From NCBI GenBank assembly GCA_038322815.1, contig JBBQGG010000008.1:2043-66042 (forward strand): a stretch of 64,000 nucleotides of DNA. The letters are read 5' to 3'. The notes beneath the pieces were generated by a model. That model was not told where the DNA came from. It saw only the letters and a program-made list of their open reading frames with translations, and made no database searches. This stretch comes from Candidatus Kapaibacterium sp. (GTDB lineage: Bacteria; Bacteroidota; Ignavibacteria; Palsa-1295). Below, one piece after another: positions 1-12,223 of this stretch; position 1 is the first letter of the stretch, and each line of letters begins with the position of its first letter. The position numbers and the translations under genes were made by a program.

Positions 1-1637
<1,637 letters not shown>

Positions 1638-1661
1638 TTATCCGCTATGAAAGTACGGACT

Positions 1662-1669
1662 CAAAAATA
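1662..1669 (-). promoter_or_regulatory. Bacteroidota-type -7 promoter element (TAnnTTTG) for pyrG
   Basis: CCG-TATTTTTG on the minus strand upstream of the start; the same motif recurs before several other genes in the window. Confidence 0.55.
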
Positions 1670-1843
1670 CGGAAGTTTTCTTCATGTTCACTGAAATAGA
1701 GAAAATAATGGCAAGAGAGCTAAGATTTTGCGCAGAAATATCAGCAATCCGAATCACTGCGATTTATGTATATATTTTGTATCTAATCAGAAGTTTTTTC
1801 GAGACCTTCTCCTCTTTTTGGCTGTTTACTTACTATTTTATTT

Positions 1844-2638
1844 ATGAGAACCCACACTCTATTTTTTCGCACAATATCCTGTATATTGATAGCATTCTTG
1901 CTATCACTTAATATCCATTCCGCAGCAGCACAGGGCGGACCGCCGATGCTTACCGATGATTCAGATACTCCCGGTGATGGAAAATGGGAAAATAATTTCG
2001 GATTCATTTTTGAAGGAAGCAAGAATGATTATAGGAAAATTTTTCCTGCGATCGATATCAATCATGGAATTGGTGAACACATTCAAGTAAAAGCAGAATT
2101 GAATTGGGTGGCTGAAAAAGGTGAGAATCTGGCAAATAAGTTTGACAATATTACTTTGGGGTTTAAGTATAGTTTTTTTGATGAAGAGGAAACAGGCTTC
2201 TCGTTATCTCTTTATCCACAGCCAATTATTTCTTTTAATTCTGAGGACGGAAACAAATCTGCTGTTTTAGGAATAACACTCCCTGCGGCCATAAGCAAAG
2301 AGATTGGCGGATTTGGCGTAAATTTTCAGGCAGGTTATCAAGTTCTCGGAAAAAAATCTGAACTATTTTTTGGTTTATGTATTGAACGTGAAATAGGTAA
2401 GTCTTTTACATTGCTTGGAGAGTTACATAGCTCATTCGGCAGAACAAAAGACCTGATAACTACCGGAGATGAAGAAACATTTTTTAGGGCAGGTACTTTT
2501 TTAAATATAGGAACGCACATCAAATTATCTGAGGACTACATCATCCTTGCAGCCATAGGTAAGGATCTGGAATCGCCTCCTCTTTCATCTGACGATGCTA
2601 ATTTTTACGGATACATTGGTCTTCAACTGAAGATGTGA
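1844..2638 (+). CDS. Secreted/outer-membrane beta-barrel-like protein
   Basis: Signal peptide, GGPPMLTDD.DTP..G.WE start of the mature chain, alternating amphipathic strands, C-terminal YIGLQLKM. Confidence 0.65.
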   Translation: MRTHTLFFRTISCILIAFLLSLNIHSAAAQGGPPMLTDDSDTPGDGKWENNFGFIFEGSKNDYRKIFPAIDINHGIGEHIQVKAELNWVAEKGENLANKFDNITLGFKYSFFDEEETGFSLSLYPQPIISFNSEDGNKSAVLGITLPAAISKEIGGFGVNFQAGYQVLGKKSELFFGLCIEREIGKSFTLLGELHSSFGRTKDLITTGDEETFFRAGTFLNIGTHIKLSEDYIILAAIGKDLESPPLSSDDANFYGYIGLQLKM

Positions 2639-2665
2639 TTAACTGTGCTCCGGTGTTGTTAGCAG

Positions 2666-3856
2666 ATGAGATATTTTCCATCTGCAAATATAAAAGTGAC
2701 ATCAGAATTTTCCCCTGCTCAAAAAGAAGCGTATTCTCTTCGTGGGTTAGTCCTTTATTTTCTAAAGCTCGGCACAATCGGTTTTGGAGGACCTGTGCCG
2801 CTTGCCGGTTATATGGAGCGCGATCTTGTTGAAAGACGCGGATGGGTCACAAAAGAAGAATATATTAGAGGTCTTGCATTCAGTAAATTAGCTCCGGGAC
2901 CATTCGCCACACAACTTGCCCTATATATCGGTTTTATTCGAAGTAAGATATTAGGGGCAACTCTGGTCGGAATTTTCTTTATTCTTCCCTCTTTCCTCAT
3001 TGTTATCGGACTTGCTGTGGTTTATAAGGAATACGGGGAAATGCCGTGGATGTCTGCTGCTTTCTACGGTATCAGTGCCGCTGTACTCGGTATTATGGCA
3101 CATTCTGCATATAAGCTGAGTCGCACGGCATTAGGATCAAATATATTACTTTGGGTCATTTTTGCGGCTTCAGCTATCACAACAGCGGTTTTAAGAGGAG
3201 AACCTCTTTGGCTTTTACTTGTTGCGGGTGGCATAAATCTATTATTTTTTTCAGGAATTGCACAATTCTCCAGAAAACAGCTTCCTCTTTGGATCCCGCT
3301 CTATATTCTTGACGCAATTCCTGTTATTGCAAATTCGCGTTCGTTTCTCGACCTTTTTCTGTACTTCTTACAAGCAGGGTCGGTGGTTTTTGGAAGCGGA
3401 CTTGCGATAGTACCCTTTCTTTATGGAGGTGTCGTTCAACAAAATCATTGGTTAACCGATAAGCAGTTCGTTGACGCTGTGGCAGTAGCAATGATCACGC
3501 CTGGCCCTGTTGTGATAACGGTTGCATTCATCGGTTATCTCGTCTCAGCACTACCTGGAGCCATTGCTGCAGCGCTTGGAGTGTTTCTGCCTGTTTATCT
3601 ATTTGTGATCATTCTAACACCCTTCTATGAGCGAATAGCTAAACGTCCGGGTATCAATGCCTTCATAATGGGAGTTACTGCAGCAACAACGGGAGCGATT
3701 CTCGGATCACTTTTTAATCTGGGAATACAAACACTTACTGATTTACCTTCTTTGGTAATTGCAGGTGCCACAGTGCTTCTCCTGTTTAGGTTCAAGATAC
3801 CTGAAGCAATTATTGTTTTGGTAGCTGCTGGAATAGGATTACTTATTAAATACTAA
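2666..3856 (+). CDS. chrA: Chromate efflux transporter (long-chain CHR family)
   Basis: Two homologous halves with FLKLGTIGFGGP...LAPGP and FGSG...AMITPGP motifs. Confidence 0.92.
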   Translation: MRYFPSANIKVTSEFSPAQKEAYSLRGLVLYFLKLGTIGFGGPVPLAGYMERDLVERRGWVTKEEYIRGLAFSKLAPGPFATQLALYIGFIRSKILGATLVGIFFILPSFLIVIGLAVVYKEYGEMPWMSAAFYGISAAVLGIMAHSAYKLSRTALGSNILLWVIFAASAITTAVLRGEPLWLLLVAGGINLLFFSGIAQFSRKQLPLWIPLYILDAIPVIANSRSFLDLFLYFLQAGSVVFGSGLAIVPFLYGGVVQQNHWLTDKQFVDAVAVAMITPGPVVITVAFIGYLVSALPGAIAAALGVFLPVYLFVIILTPFYERIAKRPGINAFIMGVTAATTGAILGSLFNLGIQTLTDLPSLVIAGATVLLLFRFKIPEAIIVLVAAGIGLLIKY

Positions 3857-3863
3857 AAGATTT

Positions 3864-5228
3864 TCATCGTGACTCCAGCAACTTCTTATTCACATCTCTG
3901 GTATCCCCTACAACCACCCAATTGAAATTCCTGTAATATTTATTTGCAATACGCTGAATATCTTCACCTTTAATCATTGATAACTTATCAAAAGATATAA
4001 AGGCGTTACGCCAGGATCCTGTTAAAAGCTGTGCCTGACCTAATGCACCTGCTTGCTCTGCCGTCGTTTCCTGCTTGAGGAAATTACTCGTTGCCCATTT
4101 TGCTACATTGCCTTTAATAGCAGATTCAAGCAAAGTATTTTGCTGGAAGAAATCTACATCTTTATAGATTAATTTGATAGCGCTATCGACATACGGAGTC
4201 TGGAAGGATATCATTTCAACTGAAGAGCGTCCATCGAGATCATCATTGTTCGGAGCATAAGCGAGATTCGTTTGTACACGCAGATGTTGAAAAAGAAATC
4301 CGCCGAAAAAATTACGAACGCGGATATACGGATAATAATCCGGATCACCTTTGCTTGGAATTCTATGATAACCGACAACATATTTTGTAGGCAGCCTTCT
4401 ATCGAACGGGGGAAAATAAGCACCAGGCGAATTGGATTTTGCAGGAATCGGTATTTCTGGCTGAGCGAAAATACCTTGGGGCAATGTGGTCAGACCACTA
4501 TTTCTCATTTTCTTTTCTAACTCAGAACGAGTTATATTTCCGACAACAACTAAGAGCATTCGAGATTTTACCATAATTGACTTGTAGTGGGCAAGTATAT
4601 TCTGAGGAGTCTGTGCTTCAAGAGTCTCTTTCGTTGGTCTTCTTCCATAAGGATGTCCTAAAAAATAGATCGAATCGAGGATGATTCTGGAGAGTGCATC
4701 CGGATTATTTCGTCCGCCCTGAAAATTTACAAGTGCATTGTGTTTTAAATTCTGAAACTCGACCTGATCAACAACAGGATGCACAATGATTTCTGAAAAA
4801 AACTTCCATGTTGTATCAAAGCTTTCCCTCGTGGAACGCATGGTAAGCACTGAATAGTCACGTCCGTCACTTCCGATAATAACTGATCCCATACGCAATT
4901 GCACCCGACGAAACCTTTGCTTCGACGTAAACTCCGTACCACTTTCAGGGATGAGATTCATTGCAAAATACTCCGTTGCTGCCGGTTCATTTGGAGGCAT
5001 GATACTTGTGCCGCCTTTTATAAAAAGAACAGCCGTCACCACAGGAGTCTCTTTACTTTCACGAAGAAGAACGTCAATGCCGTCGACGGTAAACTCCTGT
5101 ACATCTGTGATCGAAGCGTCGTCATTTGAGGGATGAGCGAAAGCTTGCTTGTGTCCAACAAGAAGAAGAGTAAGGAGTAGAGAAAATCCAGCAAAATTTA
5201 TTTTCATAAGTCCGGAATAAAAGGTCAT
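3864..5228 (-). CDS. M16 peptidase family, non-catalytic partner subunit
   Basis: Signal peptide and M16-like pattern (LLVVVGNI, LRVQTNLAY) without HxxEH; overlaps the end of the catalytic gene. Confidence 0.8.
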   Translation of the reverse strand: MTFYSGLMKINFAGFSLLLTLLLVGHKQAFAHPSNDDASITDVQEFTVDGIDVLLRESKETPVVTAVLFIKGGTSIMPPNEPAATEYFAMNLIPESGTEFTSKQRFRRVQLRMGSVIIGSDGRDYSVLTMRSTRESFDTTWKFFSEIIVHPVVDQVEFQNLKHNALVNFQGGRNNPDALSRIILDSIYFLGHPYGRRPTKETLEAQTPQNILAHYKSIMVKSRMLLVVVGNITRSELEKKMRNSGLTTLPQGIFAQPEIPIPAKSNSPGAYFPPFDRRLPTKYVVGYHRIPSKGDPDYYPYIRVRNFFGGFLFQHLRVQTNLAYAPNNDDLDGRSSVEMISFQTPYVDSAIKLIYKDVDFFQQNTLLESAIKGNVAKWATSNFLKQETTAEQAGALGQAQLLTGSWRNAFISFDKLSMIKGEDIQRIANKYYRNFNWVVVGDTRDVNKKLLESR

Positions 5229-6628
5229 TTTGGGTTGAAGGCACTATGGCTTAACTTCGAGGGCTCAAGCTTCAGGCGGGATGCAGAATTCTGGTCTATG
5301 GCAAGCCCCAGGATATACGGTTTGTTTGTTAGATACTTATCAATATAAGCTTTAATATCTTTCCTATTCATTTTTGCAAGATTATCCAGATAGTCTTCAT
5401 AGTAATCAAGCCCTGTTGACGCCCACCAGAATGCTATATTTTTAGAAAATTCAGAAAGATTTTCGCTGTCAAAGAGAATGCGGCTGCGAAGTATAGCTTT
5501 CGAAGTTTCTAATTCTTCATCGGTAAAATAATGTGGATCCGTGAATTTATCAAATTGCTGCCAAAAAATACGCATCGCATCAACTAAACGGTCTGGGGTA
5601 GCAACAATATCTCCCTGAATAGGACCGGCAAGTCGCTGAGTATAGTACCAGAAATTAGATCCCGTTGCGATGCCCGATTCCATCAATGATTTCGTAAACT
5701 CATGTTCTGCTTGTCGAATAATCTCACTGAAAACGTCCGCTGCGTATGTGGCTTTGTCATCTATTCCTATCGAAGGCCCATGCCAGCGAACTTCAACTGC
5801 AGCTGTGGGCTGATCAACAAAATCTACTACATAACCTACCTTTTCAATAGGTGGTATGACCGGAGCAGGATCCTTCTTGAAAGGATCGGGACCTTCCTTC
5901 CAATCGGAAAAATATTTTGGAACAAGTTTTTTTATTTCGCTGGTATTGACATCGCCGGCAATAATAAGTAATGAGTTGTTCGGAATATAATATTTTTTCT
6001 GAATCATGAGCATTTTCTCGCGCGTTGCTGCATTGATTGCCGGACGAACTCCGAGCGGTTCCTTCCTATTCCAAAGATTATCCCATAATTTTTGGGACAT
6101 CGCCCGGGTAAAATTAAAGTATGGATTTGCTTCGTTCCGATCGAATTCTCCGTTAACAACGGTGATCTGATTCTCAAGTTCGGATTGTTTAAAAAGAGGC
6201 GAAGTTATAGCAACTCCCATAAAATCCAATCCCTTTTCTAAATTCTGTTTTGGAAGAGTAAAATAATATTGGACATTCTCCTCATGAGTTTCCCCATTAT
6301 AAACGATCCCAAGCCTGTCTACACGATCCAAAAAGTCATCCTCGCTTGTATCACGCTTATTAGCAGTAAAGAACATATGTTCATAAAGATGGGAAAGTCC
6401 ATTTATCTCCGGCGTCTCAGTGAACGATCCATTCTTAACCGCTACCTCTATCGTTACGATAGGCGTCAGGTGATTCTCGCAGACGAGCACTTCCAGACCG
6501 TTATCAAGTTTGAACCGCGTCCAGGGAGGAAGTTGGGCAAGAGAAGTAGAGTAAATAGCTACGAGAAAAACAAAAACCGACAATCTTTTCATATTCAAAT
6601 ATACTGCCTCATTCGAGGATTGTTTCAT
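5225..6628 (-). CDS. M16 (pitrilysin-like) zinc peptidase, catalytic subunit
   Basis: LDNGLEV, NGS..E and the HLYEH zinc motif. The true start may be the internal MKRLSV. Confidence 0.9.
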   Translation of the reverse strand: MKQSSNEAVYLNMKRLSVFVFLVAIYSTSLAQLPPWTRFKLDNGLEVLVCENHLTPIVTIEVAVKNGSFTETPEINGLSHLYEHMFFTANKRDTSEDDFLDRVDRLGIVYNGETHEENVQYYFTLPKQNLEKGLDFMGVAITSPLFKQSELENQITVVNGEFDRNEANPYFNFTRAMSQKLWDNLWNRKEPLGVRPAINAATREKMLMIQKKYYIPNNSLLIIAGDVNTSEIKKLVPKYFSDWKEGPDPFKKDPAPVIPPIEKVGYVVDFVDQPTAAVEVRWHGPSIGIDDKATYAADVFSEIIRQAEHEFTKSLMESGIATGSNFWYYTQRLAGPIQGDIVATPDRLVDAMRIFWQQFDKFTDPHYFTDEELETSKAILRSRILFDSENLSEFSKNIAFWWASTGLDYYEDYLDNLAKMNRKDIKAYIDKYLTNKPYILGLAIDQNSASRLKLEPSKLSHSAFNPK

Positions 6629-6647
6629 TGATAAAATATCATCATCT

Positions 6648-7127
6648 TTAACGGTACATTTCCAAAGACAAATCCCATCGCTGCTCGATCAAAAGCTGTC
6701 CCCATAACAATTTTTCAGGCTTTTGCTCAGTAAGTTGGAAACCCAAACGTTCATAAACTATACGGGCAGCAACAAGTTTGTTTACAGTCCAAAGGAAGAT
6801 ATTTGCGTATTTTTTTATCTTGCAATAATCTAAAAACTCCTGCATTAAGGCTTTTCCTACTCCTCTACCTCTTACTTCGGGTTCAATGAGAAGCCACCTA
6901 AGTTGTGCAGTTTGCTTGTTAGTTTCAACCATACCGATACATCCTAAGAATTTTCCATCTCGATCAGCGATCCAAAGATGCTCGAACTTTTCCGCAAGGG
7001 TCTCTGCTACGTAATCTCCGAATGATTCATCAAAACTATATTCATTTTCGTAAACAATTCGATGTCGTGCAATGATTGTTGTAATATCTTCGGCAGAAAT
7101 CGTATCTCGGATGACTATTTGCTGCAC
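6648..7127 (-). CDS. GNAT family N-acetyltransferase
   Basis: AQLRWLLIEPEVRGRGVGKAL acetyl-CoA motif and YERLGF. Confidence 0.9.
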   Translation of the reverse strand: MQQIVIRDTISAEDITTIIARHRIVYENEYSFDESFGDYVAETLAEKFEHLWIADRDGKFLGCIGMVETNKQTAQLRWLLIEPEVRGRGVGKALMQEFLDYCKIKKYANIFLWTVNKLVAARIVYERLGFQLTEQKPEKLLWGQLLIEQRWDLSLEMYR

Positions 7128-8746
7128 TACTTTCTAGAAAAATTTACCAGTTTAAGAATTAGGGCGTCCTGCAAGTCATTAATCTCGCGTGTCGGAATTG
7201 TATAATTGTTTACCATAAAGCTAAAGGCAAGCAATTCGTCGTCCTTAGTTTTTACATAACCGCTCAAGCATCTGATGCCCGTTAAAAATCCGGTCTTGGC
7301 ATGAACATTTCCTGTTGCGCCACTTCCTTTGAGACGCTCGGAGAGCGTACCGTCTATCCCCATCACAGGAAGTGATGTATCGAATGCCGGAAATATTTTT
7401 GTTTGCCTCTGCATAGCACGTAAGAGAGCAACTATTTCGCCCGGGGAAATGAGATCCATGCGTGATAGTCCTGATCCATCATGCAATGCAAGCCGATCAA
7501 TGTCCAGACCTAGAGAAGAAAGATAATTCTTTACTCCAAGAACTCCCGATTCCCAATTCCCTTTCCCTAACATTTCCTTTCCGATCGTACGTATGATCTG
7601 TTCCGAATAAAAATTCTGTGATTTTTTATTTATAATTTTAATAATATCACTCATTGGCGGACTCTTGTACTGACAAAGAGTCTGAACATCTTCATAATCG
7701 ATCTTTTCATCAAGTTCTGCTGATGTCATCGTACCACCGGTAATGGAAAACCCACGATACTCAAGCATTTCACGGAATACTGTCGCCGCGTATAACGGCG
7801 GATTTTCTACAGAAAGCTGTTCGTGAACACCGGTTGCTCCGCGATCTATTGTCCCTAAAACAGAAATGGTATTCTCGCCGGCATCACGCGTTACTTTAAT
7901 CGTGTTAGTCGGAAGATAGAATGCCGTCACAGAAGAATCTTTTCCCAGGCTTTTACTCGTTTTCTTTGAATCGTGAGTAATAGCGGAATTATCGACAGTA
8001 AAAAATTCCGTTTGCGGCACCGTCTCATAGAGTGCTTTTGAACCACTTTGTAAACCTGGCGTCACAGAAACGCTTACAGAGTTATCCGCAAAAGATAGAC
8101 CGCTCGATGCAGTTGCAAAATAGAAAGGCAGATCTTCAATTGCCCAACCTTCCGGATATAATTCGTCAGTAAAATAATTTGGATCGACAACGATAGCGCC
8201 GTCTATCTTTTCGATACCAAGTTTTTCCAGAGAGTCTGCCCATCGATCAAATATAAAAGCAGGGTCCTTATCCGGAAACATAGACGGCGATCCAAATGTA
8301 GGATCTCCGCTGCCGCGAATTATAAGATCACCTTTTAAAACGCCACGATGAATTTCTCCATCGGTAACGAGTTGTGTAACATAACGGTAATCAGGTCCCA
8401 GGGTTCCGAGCGCAGCCGCAGTAGTAAGAAGTTTAAGGTTTGAGGCCGGAAGAAAATTCTTGTTCTCATTCTGATGGAAAAGTGATTCGCCGGTTTTGAT
8501 CGATTTTACTTCAATCCCGACAAATGCATTAGCAAATCTCGGATCATTGATGTCATTTTCAATGCTTTGCTGCAATCTCTCGATCGCCTGTATTTCTTTT
8601 ATGGGTTTTGTCTGGCTGGGTGCAGTCTGTGGCTGAGAGTACACTGCACTTCGAAGAAAAATACAGAAAAAGAGGACAATAAAGACGATCGTCTTGCCAC
8701 TTTCATACCCTATTTGAACCCATAGTCGCACAAAAAGTGTTTTCAC
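7127..8746 (-). CDS. dacB: D-Ala-D-Ala carboxypeptidase/endopeptidase (PBP4, S13)
   Basis: PASNLK (SxxK), SQN (SxN), DGSGLSR and KTG motifs. Start is uncertain. Confidence 0.93.
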   Translation of the reverse strand: MKTLFVRLWVQIGYESGKTIVFIVLFFCIFLRSAVYSQPQTAPSQTKPIKEIQAIERLQQSIENDINDPRFANAFVGIEVKSIKTGESLFHQNENKNFLPASNLKLLTTAAALGTLGPDYRYVTQLVTDGEIHRGVLKGDLIIRGSGDPTFGSPSMFPDKDPAFIFDRWADSLEKLGIEKIDGAIVVDPNYFTDELYPEGWAIEDLPFYFATASSGLSFADNSVSVSVTPGLQSGSKALYETVPQTEFFTVDNSAITHDSKKTSKSLGKDSSVTAFYLPTNTIKVTRDAGENTISVLGTIDRGATGVHEQLSVENPPLYAATVFREMLEYRGFSITGGTMTSAELDEKIDYEDVQTLCQYKSPPMSDIIKIINKKSQNFYSEQIIRTIGKEMLGKGNWESGVLGVKNYLSSLGLDIDRLALHDGSGLSRMDLISPGEIVALLRAMQRQTKIFPAFDTSLPVMGIDGTLSERLKGSGATGNVHAKTGFLTGIRCLSGYVKTKDDELLAFSFMVNNYTIPTREINDLQDALILKLVNFSRK

Positions 8747-8797
8747 TTTGAGAAAAATCTCGATCGTTAGAAATTTTCTAGAATTTTATTTTACAAC

Positions 8798-9937
8798 ATG
8801 GCACAAGCAGAATTAGTCGCAGAAAGAACAAAAACCGGAACGAACGGGCAGGATTTTCTGCCTCTTAAATCTATAGACCATATTGAGTTTTATGTAGGAA
8901 ATGCCAAACAGTCGGCATACTTCTACCGTTCTGCATTCGGCTTTAAGCTAACCGGATATGCCGGTCTTGAGACTGGTATACGAGATAGAGCAAGTTATGT
9001 CTTGGAGCAGGGCAAAGTACGTCTTATCCTAACAACTCCGCTTACACAAGATCATCCAATAAATGCCATGCTTAATAAGCATGGCGATGGCGTCAGCGTC
9101 ATTGCACTTGAGGTTGATGATGTCGAGCGTTCATTCCGTGAAACGACGAAACGCGGTGCAGTAGGTATTCAGGAACCGAGAGAAGTGACTGATGAAAACG
9201 GCACCTACCGAACCGCTTCTATCAGAACGTATGGTGATACAATCCATACATTTGTCGATAGAAAAGATTATAAAGGTTTTGCCCCCGGTTACCGTACCAT
9301 TTCTACAGAAGATCATGTATCACGTCCTGTTGGGCTTGCCGCTGTTGATCATATTGTTGGCAATGTGGGTTGGAATGAGATGGATACATGGGTGAAGTGG
9401 TATGAGGAAGTGATGGGTTTTCACCTCTTCGTCTCTTTCGATGACAAAGACATTTCAACAGAATATTCCGCCTTAATGTCGAAAGTAGTCGCAAGCGGAT
9501 CAGAGAAGATCAAATTTCCAATCAATGAACCGGCAACAGGAAAAAAGAAATCACAGATAGAAGAGTATATCGAATGGTATAACGGTCCCGGGGCACAGCA
9601 TATAGCAATAGCAACCGGAAATATTATTGAAAGCGTAAAGAAGCTTTCTGAACAAGGCGTTGAATTTTTGAAAATACCGTCAACCTATTATGAAGATCTG
9701 GAATCACGCGTAGGTAAGATCAACGAACCTATAGATGAACTTGCGAAACTTGGCATCCTCGTTGATAGTGATGATGACGGCTATATGCTTCAAATTTTTA
9801 CGAAGCCTGTCGAAGATCGTCCAACGCTTTTCTTTGAGATCATCCAGCGCAGAGGCGGCAGAAGTTTCGGCAAAGGAAATTTTAAAGCTCTCTTTGAATC
9901 CATTGAGAGAGAGCAGGATCTAAGGGGAAATTTATAA
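8798..9937 (+). CDS. hppD: 4-hydroxyphenylpyruvate dioxygenase
   Basis: DHIVGNV, KFPINEP, QHIA, LQIFTKP, FFEIIQR, FGKGNFKALFE. Confidence 0.97.
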   Translation: MAQAELVAERTKTGTNGQDFLPLKSIDHIEFYVGNAKQSAYFYRSAFGFKLTGYAGLETGIRDRASYVLEQGKVRLILTTPLTQDHPINAMLNKHGDGVSVIALEVDDVERSFRETTKRGAVGIQEPREVTDENGTYRTASIRTYGDTIHTFVDRKDYKGFAPGYRTISTEDHVSRPVGLAAVDHIVGNVGWNEMDTWVKWYEEVMGFHLFVSFDDKDISTEYSALMSKVVASGSEKIKFPINEPATGKKKSQIEEYIEWYNGPGAQHIAIATGNIIESVKKLSEQGVEFLKIPSTYYEDLESRVGKINEPIDELAKLGILVDSDDDGYMLQIFTKPVEDRPTLFFEIIQRRGGRSFGKGNFKALFESIEREQDLRGNL

Positions 9938-9938
9938 C

Positions 9939-9967
9939 AAAAAAGTGCAGAAGGACTGCACTTTTTT
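9939..9967. terminator. Bidirectional intrinsic terminator
   Basis: AAAAAAGTGCAG-AAGGA-CTGCACTTTTTT between convergent genes. Confidence 0.85.
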
Positions 9968-9986
9968 CATAGGCTTTTGAAAATTT

Positions 9987-10763
9987 TTAGTTAGTAAATG
10001 TTACATTTTTTGTATGGTGTGAAACTTCTACTATGCCTATCTTTCTGTCACTTAATGTTTTTATTTTGTATTTATATTTATAAATAGTTATGTAAGCGTA
10101 GCTATTCGTCGTAGAAAAGGTACTTAATTCGGATGAGTTAATCGTGTAAGACCCATTGTCTGAAGTTAGTTTTGAGAGAGAAGCACCTGAAGTATCCCGC
10201 AATACAATTGCAATGCCTGATGTAGAGTCTCGCGTACCGCTCCAAGTTACAAGAAGATTAGCAGATTTACTAATTGAATGTCCTGTATAAGGAGCAGTCA
10301 TCATAATGGAGCCCTTAGGTGACACTAAAGTGTCTCTAAAACTGGGAAAAGAAGATGATCCGCTCAAATAGAAAACATCTTGAGTGCCATTAAATGTAGC
10401 GCCATATGTTGGTCCCGACAAATGGATTTCTTCAGGCGATGTATAATAATGGGTACCTGATTGTTGATCAATTGTCGTACCGTTAAATTGGAGCGTTCCT
10501 CCATCTACATCGCCGTCAGAAGTATTGAATTCCGCAGTAATCACATAATTTAAACTGGAAGAGGTATCCGCCCCTCTTAATAAAGAATCTCTTGATTGCT
10601 GAACAAGAATTGCGCCATCTACGGAATCTGAGACAGTTTCGTATTCAGATACAAAAGGCAGATGTAATTTCGTATTCTTGGTTGAAATATTTGGGTCAGC
10701 ACACGAAGAGATCAAGAAAGTTAAGCTGAATAAAAACAATAAAAACAGGCAAGTTTTTTTCAT
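9987..10763 (-). CDS. Hypothetical lipoprotein, Ser/Thr-rich beta protein
   Basis: Hydrophobic signal ending LISSC (lipobox); 258 aa ORF. Confidence 0.7.
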   Translation of the reverse strand: MKKTCLFLLFLFSLTFLISSCADPNISTKNTKLHLPFVSEYETVSDSVDGAILVQQSRDSLLRGADTSSSLNYVITAEFNTSDGDVDGGTLQFNGTTIDQQSGTHYYTSPEEIHLSGPTYGATFNGTQDVFYLSGSSSFPSFRDTLVSPKGSIMMTAPYTGHSISKSANLLVTWSGTRDSTSGIAIVLRDTSGASLSKLTSDNGSYTINSSELSTFSTTNSYAYITIYKYKYKIKTLSDRKIGIVEVSHHTKNVTFTN

Positions 10764-11195
10764 AAGTACTCCTATATTTAGATTTGTAAAATTTATCTAT
10801 AATTAATTACACCAGTTTACAGGAAAGATATGGTTATGGGCATTTTGCGATCTACAATTTTGCCCCTGATGTATAAAATTAAAACCAATAAAATGATTTT
10901 TTTGTGGTCTATCACATGAAAGTGAGAATTCCATACTTATCATAGTTTGCACACAAGGTTTTACTGGCACAAATATACAAGACGAATTATTCGGATAACC
11001 TTTAGTTGATGTGCGGTACGACGGCTGAGTGACTTTGTGAGTATGCCATCTAAGCATTTTTGATTTACAAATATGGCACTCTTTTTTGCGGGAATGCTTT
11101 TCTTCGATTTGAGTTTCTGTCATTTATTTTGTGTCCTTATTTAATAGGTTTCGGGAGGATATCCGAGAGTTAAGATTACAATTTTTAAAAAATAG

Positions 11196-11225
11196 TTTGC
11201 ATTCCCCTAAAAGTCCGTATCTTTG
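11196..11225 (+). promoter_or_regulatory. Bacteroidota-type promoter (-33 TTTG / -7 TATCTTTG)
   Basis: TTTG at 11196-11199 and TATCTTTG at 11218-11225, upstream of ATG 11250. Confidence 0.65.
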
Positions 11226-11249
11226 CAGCTTAACAATACTATAACCAGG

Positions 11250-11723
11250 ATGAAGAAATATTTACTTTTGCTCTTATTCTTAACGGGCTGTATTCAGGCT
11301 AAGATGGCAACGAAAGAGCAAATGACACATGAATACACTCAGCAGTATATGGGCGTTAGTAAAAACGATATTTACGATAGGTCGTTTCGATGGATCGCGC
11401 AAAATTTTAAGTCCGCCAAAGAAGTTATTGATTATCAGGACAAAGCATCCGGCTCAATTATTGCAAAAGGGATTATCTCTGACGTTAAATACCTGAATAA
11501 TTTCCATTTGAATTCAATCGGAGACTTGCACTTTACTCTGACTATTGATTGTAGGGATGGGAAAGCAAGGTATGTCTATACAAACGTTGAGATGCAAGTA
11601 ATGGTATCCAATGGGATGGGTCGTATCGGAGACACGCAAGAAGTTCATCAAGCCGCAGATAGAGAATTCCAAAAACTGAACGAAAGTATTGCTAAAGCGG
11701 TCACAACTAAGGATGGGTTTTGA
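11250..11723 (+). CDS. Lipoprotein, DUF4468-like
   Basis: MKKYLLLLLFLTGC lipobox from ATG 11250; SKNDIY...WIAQNFKSAKEVIDYQDK..G.II.KG...IDCRDGK pattern. Confidence 0.75.
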   Translation: MKKYLLLLLFLTGCIQAKMATKEQMTHEYTQQYMGVSKNDIYDRSFRWIAQNFKSAKEVIDYQDKASGSIIAKGIISDVKYLNNFHLNSIGDLHFTLTIDCRDGKARYVYTNVEMQVMVSNGMGRIGDTQEVHQAADREFQKLNESIAKAVTTKDGF

Positions 11724-11800
11724 TTTTTACAACCCATTCACAACTAACACCTTATAGTCTCAAAACTCATTAGATATATAATTACCATTATGGTTGTATC

Positions 11801-12223
11801 TTAAGCGGCTTTCTTTTCATCACTATGGAAGAGAAGCGGCTGTGCCAACCCCTCGACCGAATCTCGGGTAACGACACATCTTTCGAGGTGAGTGTCATCG
11901 GGTAACGAGAACATCAGATCGGTGAGGACTTTTTCCATGATCGAACGCAATGCTTGTGCGCCGGTCCCGCGACGGAGGGCTTCATCGATGATGGCATCGA
12001 GTGCGTCTTTGCTAAATTCGAGATCGACACCTTCCATTGCAAACAATTTGCGATATTGTTTTACCAGAGCATTTTTCGGCTCGGTCAATATCTGCAAAAG
12101 CATTTCTTTTGAAAGACCATCGAGTGTGGCAAAAACAGGCAAGCGGCCAATAAGCTCAGGGATAAAACCAAATTTTAATAGGTCAACATGTGCCACCCGC
12201 GCCTCTTCCGAGGAAATTTCCAT
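11801..12223 (-). pseudogene. clpX: Orphan 3' fragment of clpX
   Basis: [17 protein letters not shown] and [13 protein letters not shown] are present; the zinc-binding domain and Walker A/B are absent; the sensor-II GAR motif reads GAQ. Confidence 0.8.

Noticed and set aside
8700-8746. Possible 1-nt frameshift at the dacB start (out-of-frame ATG at 8706)
   Set aside because: An in-frame GTG at 8746 gives a usable N-terminus, and the alternatives cannot be distinguished without reads or orthologs.
10803-11123. 106-aa Cys/His-containing ORF
   Set aside because: No recognisable motif, it lies in an AT-rich divergent promoter region, and its composition looks random.
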